A DNA stretch of 61,006 bases, counting the filler. It is 5 parts of 5 records of this genome, joined end to end, with 100 filler letters (N's around TTAATTAATTAA, not from the genome) between each part and the next. Parts side by side here need not be neighbours in the genome. Positions count along the whole stretch, not along the records: positions 55,328 to 61,006 come from SRR20825006_2222; 4 more parts are not named here. The stretch is one strand, 5' to 3'. The notes beneath the pieces are model-generated. The model did not search any database. It was not told the origin of the DNA and worked only from the letters and a program-made list of their open reading frames with translations. Of the stretch, positions 59,635 to 61,006 are shown one piece after another. The stretch's first letter is position 1; the number at the start of each line of letters is the position of its first letter. Made by a program: the position numbers and the translations under genes.

Positions 59635-60287
59635 CACGGCACCTCTTTGCCCGCCCAGTCAAAGAAGCGTCCCGTGTGGTCAGCGGTCAGCCCGTCCATC
59701 ACCGCCAGCAGGTTGCCCGCGGCGGCGTCCGGCGAAACCGACGGATGCCGCCCCAGATATTTTGCGGTAAACGGCGTCGCGACCGTGCCGGGGTGCAATG
59801 CCACCACCGCCGCCCCCTTGTGGGTGCGCGCCAGTTCAATCGCCGCCGTATGCACGATCTGGTTCACCGCCGCCTTCGCGCTGCGATAGCTGATCCAGCC
59901 GCCGATGCGGTTGTCCCCGATCGATCCAACGCGCGCCGAGAGCACGGCAAAGTTGCCGTCGGGTTTCAGCAATTGATGGGCATGGGTCAGCACCAGCGCA
60001 GGCCCGATGGCGTTGACCGCGAACTGGTCTGCCATCGCCTTGGCCGTCACCGCACGAATCGTCTTTTCCGGCTCGGCCCCGGCGATTTCCAAGGCACCCG
60101 TCGCCACGATCACCCGGTCGAACGGCCCCCGCCCCGTCAGCGCCGCATCGACCGAGGCCGGATCGGTCACGTCGAACCCGTCACCTGACCGCGACAGCCC
60201 CGTCACCACATCCCCCCGCGCCGCGTGCGCTGCGCACAGCGCCGCGCCGATCCCGCCCGAGGCGCCCAATATCAAGACTTCTGCCAT
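59631..60287 (-). CDS. SDR family oxidoreductase (C-factor-like)
   Basis: GASGGIG, LSARVGSIGDN..GGW.SYRSAK, LHPGTV. Confidence 0.9.
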   Translation of the reverse strand: MAEVLILGASGGIGAALCAAHAARGDVVTGLSRSGDGFDVTDPASVDAALTGRGPFDRVIVATGALEIAGAEPEKTIRAVTAKAMADQFAVNAIGPALVLTHAHQLLKPDGNFAVLSARVGSIGDNRIGGWISYRSAKAAVNQIVHTAAIELARTHKGAAVVALHPGTVATPFTAKYLGRHPSVSPDAAAGNLLAVMDGLTADHTGRFFDWAGKEVPW

Positions 60288-60436
60288 GCCAGCGGACCTA
60301 GTGCCCGGCGCACGCCCGTCCATCGGCTGATGCTATAAAAGATCCCCGCCGGAGGCACAGCGCCCCGCGGCGGCGGGGTGCAAATAATAATTCTGCCCCC
60401 TTTTCATTCATTCACAGGCCTGTATAAGTTTTCTCC

Positions 60437-60517
60437 ATGACACAGGTCGCACATATCCCCACTGCCCGCGCTTCGCGTGCGATCCTGCGCGACCTACTGA
60501 TCCTAATCCGCCTCTGA
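60437..60517 (+). CDS. leuA leader peptide (26 aa)
   Basis: Manual translation MTQVAHIPTARASRAILRDLLILIRL*; 5 Leu codons in last 10, two of them rare CTA. Confidence 0.7.
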   Translation: MTQVAHIPTARASRAILRDLLILIRL

Positions 60518-60547
60518 GCGTGCCATTTCGGCGCGCCCGCTCAGAGG
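60511..60547 (+). promoter_or_regulatory. leuA attenuator hairpin
   Basis: CCTCTGAGCG...CGCTCAGAGG 10-bp stem overlapping leader stop codon. Confidence 0.65.
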
Positions 60548-60592
60548 GGAGTGCTGCGCGCCACAGGCTTTAGGACAAAAAAGAGATCTCAC

Positions 60593-61006
60593 ATGACCCA
60601 AGAACAAGACCGCGTTGTCATTTTTGACACGACTTTGCGTGACGGCGAACAATCGCCCGGCGCCACGATGACCCACACCGAGAAGCTGGAGATTGCCAGC
60701 CTTCTGGACGAAATGGGCGTCGATATCATCGAAGCAGGCTTTCCCATCGCCTCGGAAGGCGACTTTGCCGCCGTGTCCGAGATTGCGAAGAACTCGAAAA
60801 ACTCGGTGATCTGCGGGTTGGCCCGGGCGCAACTGCCCGACATCGACCGGTGCTGGGAGGCGGTGAAACACGCAGCCCAACCGCGCATTCACACGTTTAT
60901 CGGCACCTCGCCGCTGCACCGCGCGATCCCCAACCTGACCATGGACGAGATGGCCGAACGCATCGACCAGACCGTCACCCACGCGCGCAACCTGTGCGAC
61001 AACGTG
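60593..61006 (+). CDS. leuA: 2-isopropylmalate synthase (3' truncated; absent from ORF track)
   Basis: Manual translation [26 protein letters not shown]...[10 protein letters not shown]...[12 protein letters not shown]. Confidence 0.96.
   Translation, partial: MTQEQDRVVIFDTTLRDGEQSPGATMTHTEKLEIASLLDEMGVDIIEAGFPIASEGDFAAVSEIAKNSKNSVICGLARAQLPDIDRCWEAVKHAAQPRIHTFIGTSPLHRAIPNLTMDEMAERIDQTVTHARNLCDNV

Noticed and set aside
56603-59889. Long ORFs 56603-58624 (-) and 57874-59889 (+)
   Set aside because: Antisense shadows of the MORN and photolyase genes, as expected from GC-rich codon bias

Overview
This window is a concatenation of five unrelated contig pieces. They are separated by 100-nt artificial linkers (N-run + TTAATTAATTAA + N-run) at 12173-12272, 28370-28469, 42691-42790 and 55228-55327, so adjacency across linkers is not biological. 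All pieces look alphaproteobacterial. (1) 1-12172: C-P lyase genes phnI-J-K-L-M, a hexapeptide transferase and phnN, an MBL hydrolase, an AT-rich three-gene island (TIGR04255-like, NWDGY-motif protein, putative ADP-ribosyltransferase-fold protein), pxpCBA and an M20 peptidase. (2) 12273-28369: Rhodobacteraceae-type metabolic genes (pcaD/pcaB-like, MFS, ADH, enolase-superfamily enzyme, gcdH with LysR, SRAP, 5'-nucleotidase, pyrD). (3) 28470-42690: a lower-GC piece with an rca-like riboflavin catabolism cluster (flavokinase, flavin reductase, PadR, ribokinase, FMN-dependent monooxygenase, ABC transporter), mmsA/iolA and a LacI-regulated sugar ABC transporter. (4) 42791-55227: the end of a trb-type integrative conjugative element at a tRNA 3' end, carrying an Xre/RES toxin-antitoxin pair, a TIR-APAZ + short prokaryotic Argonaute (SPARTA-type) system and a co-oriented unknown 505-aa gene. 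(5) 55328-61006: nadE, a MORN-repeat protein, an FeS-cluster photolyase/cryptochrome, an SDR and leuA with a Leu/Ile-rich leader peptide. The best candidates for novel systems are the AT-rich three-gene island and the SPARTA locus with its extra gene. All family assignments come from motif recognition by eye; no database searches were run.
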